Shown in pieces: positions 40,962-54,350 of a stretch of DNA of 64,000 nt. A model generated the notes under the pieces. The model saw only the letters and a program-made list of their open reading frames with translations. It was not told the DNA's origin and did not search any database. Origin of the DNA: Syncephalis fuscata S228 (lineage: Eukaryota > Fungi > Zoopagomycota); contig JAHLTZ010000023.1 in NCBI GenBank assembly GCA_025786725.1, positions 372,001 through 436,000 of the forward strand. The letters run 5' to 3'. The stretch's first letter is position 1; every line of letters starts with the position of its first letter. Position numbers and translations under genes: made by a program.

Positions 40962-43060
40962 CTATAGACGATAGATGCGTGCACCAGCACCGGCACGACA
41001 TACAAATGCAGCTGTATTAGGATCCACCAAATTATCATGATTTGAATAATAAGCGGCAGACACATTTTTTGAAAACTGATCAGCATTTTCTTCTGATACT
41101 AGTGCTATACAACAGCCGCCCCAGCCGGCACCGGTAAGTCTTGCGCCATAAGCACCATTGTTTCTATTATTGCACATTTAATTAGTAATTGTTTTTGTTG
41201 TACAGATTAAAATAACGCTACCGGCAAATCTCGGTTAATCTATCCAATTCTGGACAGCTACATTCGTACAAATCTCTGCAGCTATCTTGACTTTGATTCA
41301 TCAAATACCAAGTATCTATTGTACGTAAATACTTGATCATACTAACTTAATCTGCCCTTACTGTTTTAAACTCTTCCTGTTGCTGTATAGTAGTTGCATG
41401 GACCGCTGCCTTCATACAGACTTCACGAAAACGACACACACGTGCCGCTTCCGAGTATACATGATAGGCTCTATCGTGTAATTTCAATTTATCTACTTGC
41501 ACAGGAATTTTAACAAGTAAGTATTTGACAGCTCCTGCATCTATATCAAACTATTAGTTAGTAGTGTAAGTATTTCAATAAACTACTATATAACTTGCCG
41601 TTATCCCAGCAGCTACGGCTACTTCTTCTAAAGTATAAGTAGGCTGTTTAAACACTGCATCTACTTGATTTAAAAGCAACTCTAACGCTTCTGCATCCTC
41701 GCACGCATCATCGCTTGTGTAATAGCCTTTTTTGTTAGCCATAATTGAGCTACACCACGTAGTGTAAACGTTTCTAATGTATGATTGTTTTTTATGTCAT
41801 TCATATCAGCCGCACTATTAGATGGGGAGAAGAGATCAAGTTGGTGGGCCAGTATTCGAGCAGCCAATCGAGTTTCCAATACACGTATATTAAACTGATA
41901 ATCTGCAGCCATTGCTTTCTCAGACATTACTAACGAATTAAATACAACAATGGCAGATTGTGGCGGTAATGGAATTGGAGCAGCAGCTAATGTTGGCTGG
42001 AATCGAATAAATAAGGCATGGTCACTTTCGGCGAATAGACTGCACGTCTGGTCCATTCTATACTTTTATGAATAACATTTTATATAGCACACAACAAGCT
42101 TACCCGCCTCCGTTCGTACCAACATACTGTTCTGAACGTGCACAAGTAATGGCAAGCTGGCTCTAAATCGCCTTTCATAAGTATTACGATAATTGAAATT
42201 GCAGCCATAACTTAGCCAACTAATCACCTTAGTAAATGTCCAATTATTAATAGCAGTTGTAGCCAGCGCGGAAGCCACTACCAAAGCCGATGAACTTGAT
42301 AATCCAGCATCCTAAATAAATAATAATTAATTTGACACAGCTTTAACGCTTAATGTATGCTACTTACCGCTGGAATCGTTCCCTCTACTAAAATATCGAT
42401 ACCATGTAATTCTGTGGCCCTCGCGTCTTCAATTGCTCCCTAGTAATTTGTGATGAAGCCTCGTTTCAATAATAAATTATCCCATTGCTTACTCGAATAC
42501 CACATTTTACATAATTCGTCCATCGGTGGTGTTTTACATCAATATCCACTGCACATTGCGTCCCGGTTGTATCGAAGCATCGCAGGTCAAATGTTTCACG
42601 CGCATAATGGCTAGATTGCGTACTAGCAACATTAACCATAGCGGTGTTACCAGCAGATGTATGTGTACTATTGCTAGAGCAGGCCACTAATATATCCCGA
42701 TCTAGAGCCACAGGCAATACGGCAAACTCGGCATAATCAATATGCTCGCCTGTATCGGTATACTGTTGTTAATGCCAATATTCTCCGATAAATCCGACCT
42801 ACCTATTAGATTGACGCGTCCCGGTGCACGTGCAATGTATTGCGGTGGTCGGCCGTATAATTCGGCAAATTGCTGAACCAGCTGCTTATATCGTTTGCTA
42901 CTTGAATAGTAAGGGACCGTATATGATATTTAATCATTGGCTTATATTGTCATATAAACATTCACTACACTTACACAAGTAAAACAGTTTCTTCAGACAA
43001 AGCTTGATCTAGATCAATAGTAGGCACAAGCCCCTCAGGCTTTGCAAAACAGCTTTCCAT
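40962..43060 (-). CDS. GAL1: Galactokinase (GHMP kinase)
   Basis: [37 protein letters not shown] and [12 protein letters not shown] across multiple exons. One -1 frameshift in an A-run near 41730. Confidence 0.93.
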
Positions 43061-43305
43061 TAGAATAGCAGTATTACCAGTTATAATAGAGTAGAAGACA
43101 AACACAATAGGAAAAAATAAAAGACTACTATCTGAAGTTCAAATTGATATCAAATCAACTTTCTGAAACCGTTCAAGACACGTCATCCATTTGTCTTAGT
43201 TGTTTCCAACTTTATTAACGCTGCACGGTGCTTACCACACGCGCGCACACCATCTATTCTCCTTTCATTCAACTACTAGTTTGCTTTTGCACCAAGATCA
43301 ACAAC

Positions 43306-43601
43306 ATGCTCTCTCTTGCTCGTGTCTCTGCCACCCGTGCAACTTCAATGCGCGCCACTGCAGTGTGTGCCGTTGCTCGTCGCATGTACACCGACGAAGG
43401 TGCCATTCGTGGTGCCAACGATAGTTTTTCTAAAAAAGTCAGTATTGATCGTTGATCTTGCTTGATAACATTGATATGCAAAAAACTAACGTTTACATAT
43501 GCTACATAGGAAAAGGCTGTTGAAGATCAATATTTCCGTATGCAGGTAAGTTAATGAGATTCTGTTTATTTTGTGCATGGATCTCTGTAAATCTATTCAT
43601 T

Positions 43602-43639
<38 letters not shown>

Positions 43640-43760
43640 TACTATGGCGTGGCTCTAGGATGCTGAAAAACTCAAGCATTTGAAAGAAGAGCTCGAAAAA
43701 CTTAAGAAGGATATCAGCGAGATCAAACAAACCACGAAAAAGCCACAAGGACAGCAGTAA
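43306..43760 (+). CDS. INH1: Mitochondrial F1F0-ATPase inhibitor (IF1/IATP)
   Basis: Three exons: ...YTDEGAIRGANDSFSKK|EKAVEDQYFRMQ|DAEKLKHLKEELEKLKKD. Confidence 0.9.
43602..43640. repeat. (TAA)n microsatellite in intron 2 of the IF1 gene
   Basis: About 12 TAA units. Confidence 0.9.
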
Positions 43761-44231
43761 ATACCGTTTAATTTACTAATGACTTTATGTCGTGTTGGTG
43801 TTTGATTGGCACTGTAGTTACTATTTCAATAATACTACACATCTATAAACTGACTGTTGGACACAATTAATTCATTACTTGTTTAATTGATTAGTTTACT
43901 GTTCGACATTATAAAAAAATTGCTTCATATTTGTATTGATATCCATGTATTTGTTAACTGGTTATCGCACAGTGTACCACTTATTAGTTGATCATCACAG
44001 TATATTATTTATTAGAAGCTACTGTATTTTGAATATTTATCCTTAAACTGAGATAAAGATCCGTAACTCGAATAATAAACCGTCGATCAGTTTTACTACT
44101 GAGAAGGGATTTGTTACAATGTCATATCAACTTTGATTGAATTAATCAGTGGCAATCAATCTGCACTATTTCCAATATCAAAATAAATAAATAATATTTT
44201 CATGCTACTTACAATAAAGTATTACATTTAA

Positions 44232-44570
44232 TTATGACGTTGATGCAACAGTGTCAGTTTGATTTCTTATAATAATAGGTGGTAAGAAATCAGAAGGCCT
44301 TGATTCACCACTGGCCATTGTACTGAATATACTGTGCATGTTTCTGCTGGCATTAACGTCACGCTGTCATACCATACGACAATTATTGTTTTGACAAACA
44401 AGTACGCTATGCATTGTGCTGTTGTGTTTTTCCATATGTAAATCTGCCATCTTCTTTTTCTTGCATTTGGAACAGACTTTTGATGTATTGTATTCATCAA
44501 TATCTACGATCACCAAAGTTCTTGTCGCTCAGCAGTTTTGAGCACCTTTCTGCAACGATTGACCAACAAC
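44232..44570 (-). pseudogene. Fanzor (eukaryotic TnpB-like RNA-guided nuclease) C-terminal remnant
   Basis: Minus-strand translation KVLKTAERQ/VIVDIDEYNTSKVCSKC...HSVLVCQNNNCRMV*QRDVNASRNM...GESRPSDF contains the RuvC-II Glu, CxxC...CxxxxC zinc ribbon and RuvC-III Asp. In-frame TGA at 44369-44367; no RuvC-I upstream. Confidence 0.85.
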
Positions 44571-44747
44571 AACAATGATCAGCCTTAAATGTTTCAAATA
44601 AATCAAATAGTATGCTACATTCTTTATTAAATGTTTATTGTAAATGATCATTTAAATGCAAATTAATCTAATCAACTCGTCAACTATTTATATCATTACA
44701 ATCGATTGCGTAAAATGATTTGCTGCCTTGGGGTATTAAAATAAATA

Positions 44748-45828
44748 TCAATCAATTAAAAAATCAGCACCCAGTTTTTCATGAAATATATCTTGCGTAA
44801 ACTCCCAAAACTGGTCTTGTAATTGCTCGTCATTAGTAGCGGCACTTGGCTGTCCAATCTGACCATATGGTATAAAGTAGGCGCCGTTACATTGTCTTTC
44901 ACCTGCTTCTGGTGCAGTAGCTGCGAATAACGTAGTCAGTGCGCCATCGGCTAGCGGTACAGAGAACGGTGCGCTAGTTAATGTTAATAAAATATTTACA
45001 AACCAACCCAACGATTCATATGAGTATCTAGATATTTCTGAAGCTACAACGCCAGGATGAACAGCACTGATAATTACAGGCAGTGTGTTGTTTGTGGGTT
45101 CATTTGATTCAGATGTTGCCATTTGACGTGCCATCTTTTTGGCCGTTAGAATATTGGCCAACTTTGTATAGCCATAGCATAATAAAGGTGAATAAATAGC
45201 TGCATCATTGACTTGTGCCAAAGTCATCCGCATTGGCCCGCTATAGCTGAAGTTATGGCCACGACTGCTTGTAAATATGATTCGTGCCGGTTCTGTCGCC
45301 GTACCAGCCGCAGTCACTGCCGATAATAATTGCTGTGTAAACAGCGTGGGCCCTAAATGATTAACAGAAACTGAAACTCGATGCCCGTATCTTCTGTTAG
45401 CATAAATGGTGTAGCCATAACACCAGCATTATTGACAAGCAAATGAATTCGAGGTTCTTTGGCTAGAAGCGTAGTGGCGGCATCAAGAACTTGATGTAAA
45501 TCGCCAAGTTAAGTAGAAGAAAGTAAAGTTCTGGACTCTGTCTATTATCGTCGGTAGCAGTTTCTTGAAGTGTAGCCTTTATTCTTTCAATGGCACCAAT
45601 GCGCGCTCTTTGTTTCGACAAGCTAAGTAGACACGGCAACCATGACGTGCTAATTCCAATGCTACTTCATAGCCAATGCCGGTGTTGGCTCCTGTTACGA
45701 CGGCTACCTAATTCCCTTTGTCATTACAAGCTTCTTATACTATTATTATTGCTTACCTTGCTGGTAAGATCGGGTATGTTATCCACAGAGAAAGGTGTTG
45801 AAAAGAAGCTGTTAATATATTTATTCAT
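44748..45828 (-). CDS. Short-chain dehydrogenase/reductase, retinol dehydrogenase/WWOX-like
   Basis: [33 protein letters not shown] and VHPGVV motifs. One intron and two -1 frameshifts (~45510, ~45372). Confidence 0.9.
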
Positions 45829-46117
45829 GATAGCAGAGAAATAGAAAATATTATTCTGATAAAAAGTATGTAGACTTATGGTAATATCGGGGATATAGAT
45901 GGTAGACACTTGTTAGCTGTGAACATAGGAACAGTTACACGAATTGATATGCGGAGTTGATGGTGAGATACTGCAAAGCATTCAGGTTCCAGTATTAAAT
46001 ACGTTTACTATATAATGATAGCCTTATGCAATATCAATAAGCACATTATTCGTTTTCATTTACATGTTAGTTCTACTTTATTATACTATATTTATTATAT
46101 TTAATTATATTTGTTAG

Positions 46118-46747
46118 TATACTGAATATATGTTCTATGATAATGAGTAGTTTTGGTGTCAAATGACTTTTATTCTTAATGCGTTTATTCATTTACTATC
46201 AATCTGTTCTATGATGCACCGATATGTTGGGTAGATTGGCTTTTATTATTTACACTCCATTTATTAATCAATTAAACTCGCTGTTTATAAATATTGACTG
46301 ACAGGTTCACATCTCACAATCTACGTCATCGCATTTCCCTTTCTCTTTCTTTACACTTGACAGCATATATCCATGCATATATTTGTACACTCCATATATA
46401 CATATAAATAGTGTCAGTAGTTGGCTGATACTAGTTAGGTACAACACCTTCTACACTATGTACTTGCATTGCTCTTTTGTAATCTGACCTTTATTACTCC
46501 AATTAATATTGCAGCTTCTTTAGCATAATAGATACATTTTTAGTTTGTTTTATGTTATTCTGAATATATGCTATGAAAACTTGTTTTATACTTTGCTCTT
46601 ACTATAAATTGCCATTACTATTCATTTAGCAACAGTTCTACCATCTCAACAGTGACAATGCGATCTGTCAATGTAATGACAATACAAATTGTTATTAGTA
46701 CAATATGCACTGACGATCTATGGCAAACTGAAATATAAAGTTGTTCT
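46118..46747 (+). repeat. ~630-bp inverted duplication, copy 1
   Basis: Reverse complement of 60248-60880; nearly identical over 46450-46747. Confidence 0.95.
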
Positions 46748-46954
46748 GGCAATATATCAACGCTAATTATAGCAATAAACAATTATTAAAAAGTAAATTT
46801 ATTTAAACCAAAACTACTTTGTAACAATAAACGATAAATTCAAATGGTCAACATAATAATAATAATAATAATCATAATAATCATAAATGCTGGCTTGGTA
46901 AAGTCTACGCTTTAACCTTCAAACCGAATGCTCTTCTGCTGTTGCATAAACTTA

Positions 46955-48262
46955 TCAGTTATCAATAATGGCAATGTGAGATTGGCTTTCGGTGATGGCA
47001 CCTTCTAGTTCCAAATCAGAATCATTTAACTCATCTAATCGTGGAATTGCAGTGGCAGCTCCTATGCCAAATACAGCACGTTTCATCTGCACAACTTCTT
47101 TAAGCACTTCTACCGGCTCAAAGACACATCGTACAAGTAAGCATTGCTGGGCCTGTTGAACACGTTGCTGCTCAAGCCAATCCTCTGCATGTGCTACGCG
47201 ATCTTCGACAGTCGCTACACGCTCAACAACCTCATGTCGCTGTTGCTCTTCATTGCGTGCTACCATTTTGACCTGTCGTACGGCACGGTCAATTTTGGTT
47301 AGCACCTCATCCTTGACTACACGCATATCTTCTTCGCGTATAACTAATAGACGCAGCTCAGCAATTTGTTCTTCAACGTCGGCCAGCTGTAGACGAATAC
47401 GGTCCGCCTCATGTGGACTCCAGGTTAGTTCACGTCGCAGACGTATTGCACGTCGACGTAATATAGCGGTTACGTGTGTAATAGGCCGAATTAAAGCAAC
47501 AAGCACGTATAGTAGAGCACTGCTAGGTGAAATACGTTGTAATGCCGTCAATTGAAAGCGTAACTGCCGCAATAGCCAGGCCGCAACTAATGGCGCTATA
47601 AATGTCATTGCCAAAGCAATGTATTCCCATTGCTGTAACTGCCCTAGCCGTTTTTTGCCTCGTCGTTTTAACACATGTATTTGCTTTTGTAGTCGAGATG
47701 ATTCGTAAAAGTCCCATGGTATTTGCATAACGTAATAAAGAAACCAGCCAATAGCTACTAAGGTTACAGCATCACCCCAGCCTTGAGCAGTACCAATAAA
47801 TAACGATCCAACTGCTGGCAATACAACCATTAAGACCGGTAGCTGGCCTATACGCCCAATAGTTATACTTGTGTTGGCAGTAATATCCGCTGCTCCTTCA
47901 CTCTGTGGCGAGCCATTATCGCCGTTCGTCGCTGTAAATGTAGATTGTTTCTTGTGCGTCATTTCATCCATCACTGCAGCTAGCATTTCTCGCTCTTCTT
48001 CCGTCCATGGCTCTTCACTCCCATTTGATGATTCACGGCCATCGTGATTATGCTTTGCCGCTCCTCCTCTAGAACGATGACGTCGCTGACGATAACCTTC
48101 AGGTCCAGGTCGGACATTAACAAACATTCCAGTGCTGTGTGCGCCTGGTTCAATAATACGCTGACGTTGTTCAAACTCAGCCGACATATCGGTCAATGAA
48201 TCCGTATCCGCGTCACTGACTTTAGCACTTGGTATATACTGAGAAGGCAGTGATATATCCAA
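46955..48262 (-). CDS. Uncharacterised fungal membrane protein with C-terminal coiled coil (paralogue 1)
   Basis: LPAVGSLFIGTAQGWGD...WFLYYVMQIPWDFY, about 4 TM segments, then a coiled coil. First in-frame ATG at 48187. Confidence 0.8.
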   Translation of the reverse strand: MDISLPSQYIPSAKVSDADTDSLTDMSAEFEQRQRIIEPGAHSTGMFVNVRPGPEGYRQRRHRSRGGAAKHNHDGRESSNGSEEPWTEEEREMLAAVMDEMTHKKQSTFTATNGDNGSPQSEGAADITANTSITIGRIGQLPVLMVVLPAVGSLFIGTAQGWGDAVTLVAIGWFLYYVMQIPWDFYESSRLQKQIHVLKRRGKKRLGQLQQWEYIALAMTFIAPLVAAWLLRQLRFQLTALQRISPSSALLYVLVALIRPITHVTAILRRRAIRLRRELTWSPHEADRIRLQLADVEEQIAELRLLVIREEDMRVVKDEVLTKIDRAVRQVKMVARNEEQQRHEVVERVATVEDRVAHAEDWLEQQRVQQAQQCLLVRCVFEPVEVLKEVVQMKRAVFGIGAATAIPRLDELNDSDLELEGAITESQSHIAIIDN

Positions 48263-49546
48263 AAACTATCAACAATACAAAAAGTCAGTATTTCGCAATA
48301 TAATTTATTCTATAAAAGAATAGCAATGTGTAATTCACAAGTACACTAATAGCCAAGTAAAGACGACCAACTAGTTGTTTACAAGTCGACAGTAGTAGGC
48401 AACTTTTAACAATTGGCAAACGAATGAAAAGGAGATGGTACACAGCAATAAGTACAATAACGCTGGTGCTATTTATTATTGTCATAATTAATGTATAATG
48501 ACTACAGCTAGCTATTACAATATAATATACCAGTATACTTATACTTTACTATATATTACTGTATTATTATTATTATTCAATACTTGCCTGGTATTCTTTT
48601 ACTTTCTTTTTGCCTTCGTTGTCGTTGTTGTTTATTAGTCATAATAGCAGGGAAAGGTGGACTGTCTTCGTATCAGTTGTATTAAAGCAGAAGAATATGT
48701 AGAAAATAAAACTTTGCCTTAATCTTTTTACCATCATTAATGTACCACAGCTATCACAAGGAACACATGTACTTATTCTACATACAAATTATAAGTGGAA
48801 TAAGCATCATTATTTGCTCTGTGCCTTATTTTCAATACTATTACTTCACATGCTTGCAAAACAGAGCAGCAGAGGCATCTTTTCGGGTCATTCGATCACG
48901 CCCGACAATAACATGTGAAGGAAAATACATTCGTTTTAGTATTCCATAACTTCTTTTTAGTTTTCAACAAAAATAGTCGGTTAAGAGACTACTGGATTGT
49001 CGTAGTAACTTTTCCTTCAAAAATACGAATAAATCTGCATACGTATTTGCTGTATCTTTATGGGTCGTAACTATACTTGTGGTCGTCCAGGATTGTAAAT
49101 TAATTTAATAACTAACGTGGTCTGTGTAGCCATTCATTGTCTTGTGGCTAATTTCTCTATCTGCTCTACGTAAGCAGGTAATTTCTCCATTTATGTTTGA
49201 TCACCTTTAACTGTACCGCTTTCAAGTTTTATTCTTGTTTCTTTTCGTGCTTGTATGTTTAACGTTTATTACACATACCTGCGTAGTTATCACTTCTATG
49301 TCTCAGTGTTGATTGCAAATAGTAGTAAACGTTGTACAGAGCTCACACACCACACACACACACACGCTTTTTATCCAACTGTAGCTAGTCTATACTGCCG
49401 TCATTGGTTGGTCAATAGTAGACTATTTTGCTCTTGTAAACAATAGTATACGGCAATAAATTACGCAAATATTTGTGATAAGTAAACTTATTGTGCTAGT
49501 CAAGAGATTTAACGTGCTTAGTGTTGAAGTCAACAGTTTGTGCGCT

Positions 49547-50797
49547 ATGCCACAACGCTCTAAAGCTTTTAACGGCAATTCGTCAGCTTCAAATACACCT
49601 TCTATGCCATCGAGAACAATGCCGGTGCGCCGCACCAGCAGCTCACATAGCATTACGGGCGATCCACCAAATACATCCTGGATGGATCGCTTGCGTACGA
49701 CAGCTAACCAAGTAGCTGGAAAGACAGATAGCCATAGGCATGACAACCTTCACTCACATGCCTATCCTTCCTCTTTCAACAATATAAATAATGGTCATGG
49801 ACTGCAGGATGGTTTAGCACCATCTAGTAACGAACAAACTACACTAAAATGGCCTATTGTTATACTAGCACTACCACCTATTGGCGCACTTTTCGTCGGA
49901 ACAGCCCAAGGCTGGAGTGATGGCATTACTCTTGTTTTCATTGGTATTTATCTTTATTATTTGGTAAAAGGTAAATTATACGAACTATTAAATGGCTATA
50001 TACTTTATATTAATTATAATCGATACGTTTAGTACCTTGGGAGTTATATCATGCCACACAGACTGATGCAGCCACGCGCAAGCTAGCGCTTTCAGCTAAT
50101 GCGACACCGCAGCAACGCTTGGCGCTCGCCAGTCTTCGAAAACAAGAATGGCTTTCATTATTTCTTGTATTAGTGGCACCTTTACTGGGTGGCTATGCAC
50201 TTTATCTGGCCAAAAATTATCTAATGATTGCCCAGTATCTAACGCCAAGTAATATCATGCTATACGTTATGGTTGCCTCTATGCGACCTCTTACCCATTA
50301 ATTCATTTATTGCAAGGAAGAGCGGTTGAGCTACAACGCGATCTTGCCTGGCATGATACAGATGCAGCCCAGCTACGACGACGCCTTGACCAATTGGAAT
50401 TATCACTACGTGAATTACGTCTAGCATGTGCAACTGAAGACGATGTCGACGCGTTAAAAGATGAGGTACGCAGTGTATTGGGCCAAGTATCGCGTGGTAC
50501 CCGACAACAGCTACGTAAAGAGCAAAAGGAACGCCTTGCATCGCAACACGTATCGACATGACTGAGGAACGCGTCCGCGAAGTTGAGGAATGGTGTGAGC
50601 GTCAACGAGCACGTCAATCTCATAATACAATTTTACGACTAATGTGGGAACCGATGAGTGTGTTTAAAGAAGCAATTGGCGTTGCTAGGGTGCCATTATT
50701 AGGATTTGGTGGACATCCGACAATGGCAGTGGCGCTACGACAAGCAGGCTATCAAAGGATACAAATACTGCTTTATCAGCCACTAATGAACCGATAA
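49547..50797 (+). CDS. Uncharacterised fungal membrane protein with coiled coil (paralogue 2)
   Basis: LPPIGALFVGTAQGWSD...YLYYLVK|VPWELY. Intron 49971-50032; two -1 frameshifts (~50297, ~50555). Colinear with 46955-48262. Confidence 0.8.
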
Positions 50798-52395
50798 TTA
50801 ACCATAACGACAAAAAATTACATAAATTTTAAGTATTACAATAAGAAAACAGTCAACCATGGATTGATCTATTTGATTTGACTCTATTATTATTAGTAGT
50901 AGTATTAATAGTATTAATAGTATTATCTATAAATATGTGTATGTATTGGTGCAATTGGCATGTTGCCCATTTATTTAGTTTGGTCGCATTGCCAATCTAA
51001 GCATCTACTTCACTTTAACACTAACTATTTCTTTTTTATCTCATTAAATAACGATGTTCAAAATACTAAACAAATAACACGAATGTATTAGTATAAAAAT
51101 GTTTTTTATTAATACTAAATACGTGGCAGTATGTCATATTTCTAAGTTTCTTTCTTAATTTATTAAAATAAAAAGAATGAGAAATGTATAAATAATAATA
51201 GTAAAGCTATGCTGTATATGACAAAGTGAGCAAAATAAATCAAATTTATAAATAATAAAGCTAGCAACAAATAGGCAACGCAATTGAATAAAACAAAAAT
51301 GAGAAAGCATAAAATAGTATATATTAGAATAATTATACAATAAGAATGATATATAGTAGTGTGGAATGAAATAAAATAATACATATGGATATAGGATATA
51401 TGTGTACTGTATATACACATACTGGATGATAGATCTACAATGATGAATATTTGATAATTGATGTCACTCACCACCCATCACTATGTTCAGTAAAACAAAT
51501 ATTTACTTCAGTTACGCAAATGTTATCAAGTTTGGTCATTTGGCACTCGAATCGCATTAATTATCATAACTGCTTAATACTGATATAAAAACTTTGACAT
51601 ATTCAGATAAATTATTAATATCAAAAATGTAAAGCAATGTCTTACAAGTTTATTAGAATAAAATACTGTTATAATTATTACTGAAAACGCCACTATGCTA
51701 TGCCATGATCATTACATCATTTCCATTATTCCCTTCGTCATATACTAATTTATCTTCTCATGGTCTTGTATTCTTACAAAGGTCCTGGCAATTTACTTAA
51801 TTTAGTATATCTATTAATTACTAATCTAATAATTATCAATTATCAATAACTGGAGCAACACGCATTTCAACTAATAATTAAGCTTTCAATTATATTGATG
51901 CATTCATGCATTTCATCAGTTATTACTATTACTGTCATAAACATTACTACTACAGCACTACCACCATTATCGATGTTAGCACTATTAGTTTTATTAATAG
52001 CATTGTCTATAAACTTGTGTATGTATCGGTGCAACTGGCATCTTGTCCATTCGTTTAGCTCAGTCACATTGCCAATCCAACCACCTATCTTTAATGCCAG
52101 CTATTCTTTTTCTATTTCATCAAATGACGATGTATAAGCTGCCAAGCAATAAAGCAAACGTGTTACTGTAAAGAATGTTATCTATTGAACTACACTCATA
52201 GTACGACAATGACGACATTTAGCGGCTTGATTTGTCAAAATCATTGACATACAAAAATAGGCATATCACATGACGCACAACACACTGGGTTTTAAATATC
52301 ATTGGTTTGAATGGTATCGTCGCCATTATATTCGTCATTGCCGCATATCTGTACTTTTCTCTGTGTTTATGCTTATTAAATTTTTAGTCATAAGG

Positions 52396-53487
52396 ATGCA
52401 GCTTGGCTATTTTGCTTGCATTGCCGTGCCTATACTTGTAACTGCAGCTCTATTACTATATTCTTGGGATTTACAGTATAATTGCTCACCTCTTACCGCC
52501 CATCCCATAGTCCTGCACAAGTAGCAATGATAGCAATGAGGTACTTGTTCCAGTCGAGTTGTATGTTATGGCTCGCTGTCCCGACGCATTCGCTTGTGAA
52601 GCTATTTTTGATCGTGTTTGTAAGTTATAATATGATATGCAATGATTATGATCTACACGAGTGTAACGTAATACAGAGAAACTAACAACACACGTGTTTT
52701 ACTTGTTTCTTCTCCATATACCCATTCATTTCTCGAATGCGTGCCGTGCCTGCCTAACACACATACAACTACGTCTTGTACGAATTTCCATTTTTATTTA
52801 TTCTTACATCCATAGTCGCCCGTGTTGGCAATATAACAAATGTTCGTTTGACCTATATAGCACAATTAACATCATTAGCATCATCAGCATCATCGTCAGC
52901 AGCAATATCACCATCAGTAGTATCGACATCATCATTAAATGAGTTAGATGAACAGCCAGTTTGCATGCACGGACCATTAGAATGTGCAGCAGCACGGCAA
53001 CAACTTTGTGTTGCGCGCTATTCTGCAGATGGTGTAGGATTGGCTCGACTAGCGACCTGGTATGGATTTGTTCGTTGTCAAAATCAGCATAGGTCCGACA
53101 TTGGCACATCCTCGCTGGCTGAATATTGCGCCGACCAAGTCGGACTTCGCTATGCTGGTGAGCTGCAGACATGCGCCGAAGGTCCTCAAGGACTTGCCCT
53201 TCTCGTTGCAAGTGCTCGCCGTGCCATAGCTAAAAATGTTCAGTAAGTCCGCATAATACAAACTGCAAAGAAACTCATGTCGTTATTTATTTATGCAATT
53301 AAATCGCATGGCAACACGTAGTACAAGCTGTACTGTCGAGTTGAATGACCAGCCACGCTGCGTTCACGACAGTGGTAGCTGGCGCGATTGCCCGGGTGGC
53401 CATACTATCGCAGAGTTCACACGTGATATTTGTCAAGCATATCATGGTGCGGATCGGCCAGTTGCCTGTGTAGACAAAGCTTACTAA
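52396..53487 (+). CDS. Gamma-interferon-inducible lysosomal thiol reductase (GILT)-like protein
   Basis: N-terminal hydrophobic segment, VPVELYVMARCPDAFACE, CMHGPLEC and SCTV...CVHDSGSWRDCPGGH. Two introns; frameshift(s) near 52500. Confidence 0.85.
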
Positions 53488-54350
53488 TAATAAATCGGGA
53501 TATTGAATTTATTGGTTACAATGAAAGTGGATGGATTTTAATGAATGGAGACAATTTATAATGTATGTATCTGTGTGGCTGTATAAGTATGCAAGTATGA
53601 ATGTAGATGCAGTATTGGACTGAGGGCAACTGCCAAGCTTCAAATTGCTCGGCCAAAAAAGGCGAGCCGACCTTTGTTCGCCTACAGATAATGGTTATAC
53701 ACACTCACATATTGCTCGGCATTCTCGCCAAGCTTGCTTTTAATTCCGTTTTCGACCAAAACGACGCGCATCTGTTAGTAAAAAGACCGAGAAGCCAATC
53801 GATCGTGTGAATAAGAACCATAGCAGCAATTATGATACGCTGTCGGCAATGCTAATATCCAGTGTATTTATAATATTATGGCAGCAGCAGCGGCAGCAGT
53901 ATCGCATCTACCTTTTCGTTCATACTCTTATTTTCTACAAGCTTGGCATTATAATTGAATTCGGGATTTCAAGATTAACACGCCCCTTTTTACTAGCTAA
54001 AACACTTTATATCCTACTTGATTTGGTCGACCAGATCGCCAATATCCTTCCTCAATCCACCTCTATATCTTGCCAATCTTACTTACTTTATATACTTTGT
54101 TCTATTTCTTGGTTTGCCGATTTTCTTTTTGTTATTTTGGAATTTTCTTGAAACTTTTCTTCTGCTGTGCTTTTCAATAGTTCTCTTTATTTTTTGTGGC
54201 TACGTATTGATTGATTTGAAAGTCGTACACATCTACTCACAAATACACCTCTTACGTACCGACGTTTTATTTGTTTCCGTTTTATTTTGCTTTAATTCGA
54301 GAACAGGTGCGTGGTGGCATTAAATATACACGTCTATCACGGTAGAATCT

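Noticed and set aside
19161-43060. Possible sugar-utilisation cluster (CNT, GH, C2H2 factor, GAL1)
   Set aside because: Genes are interspersed with unrelated housekeeping genes, and GAL7/GAL10 are absent.
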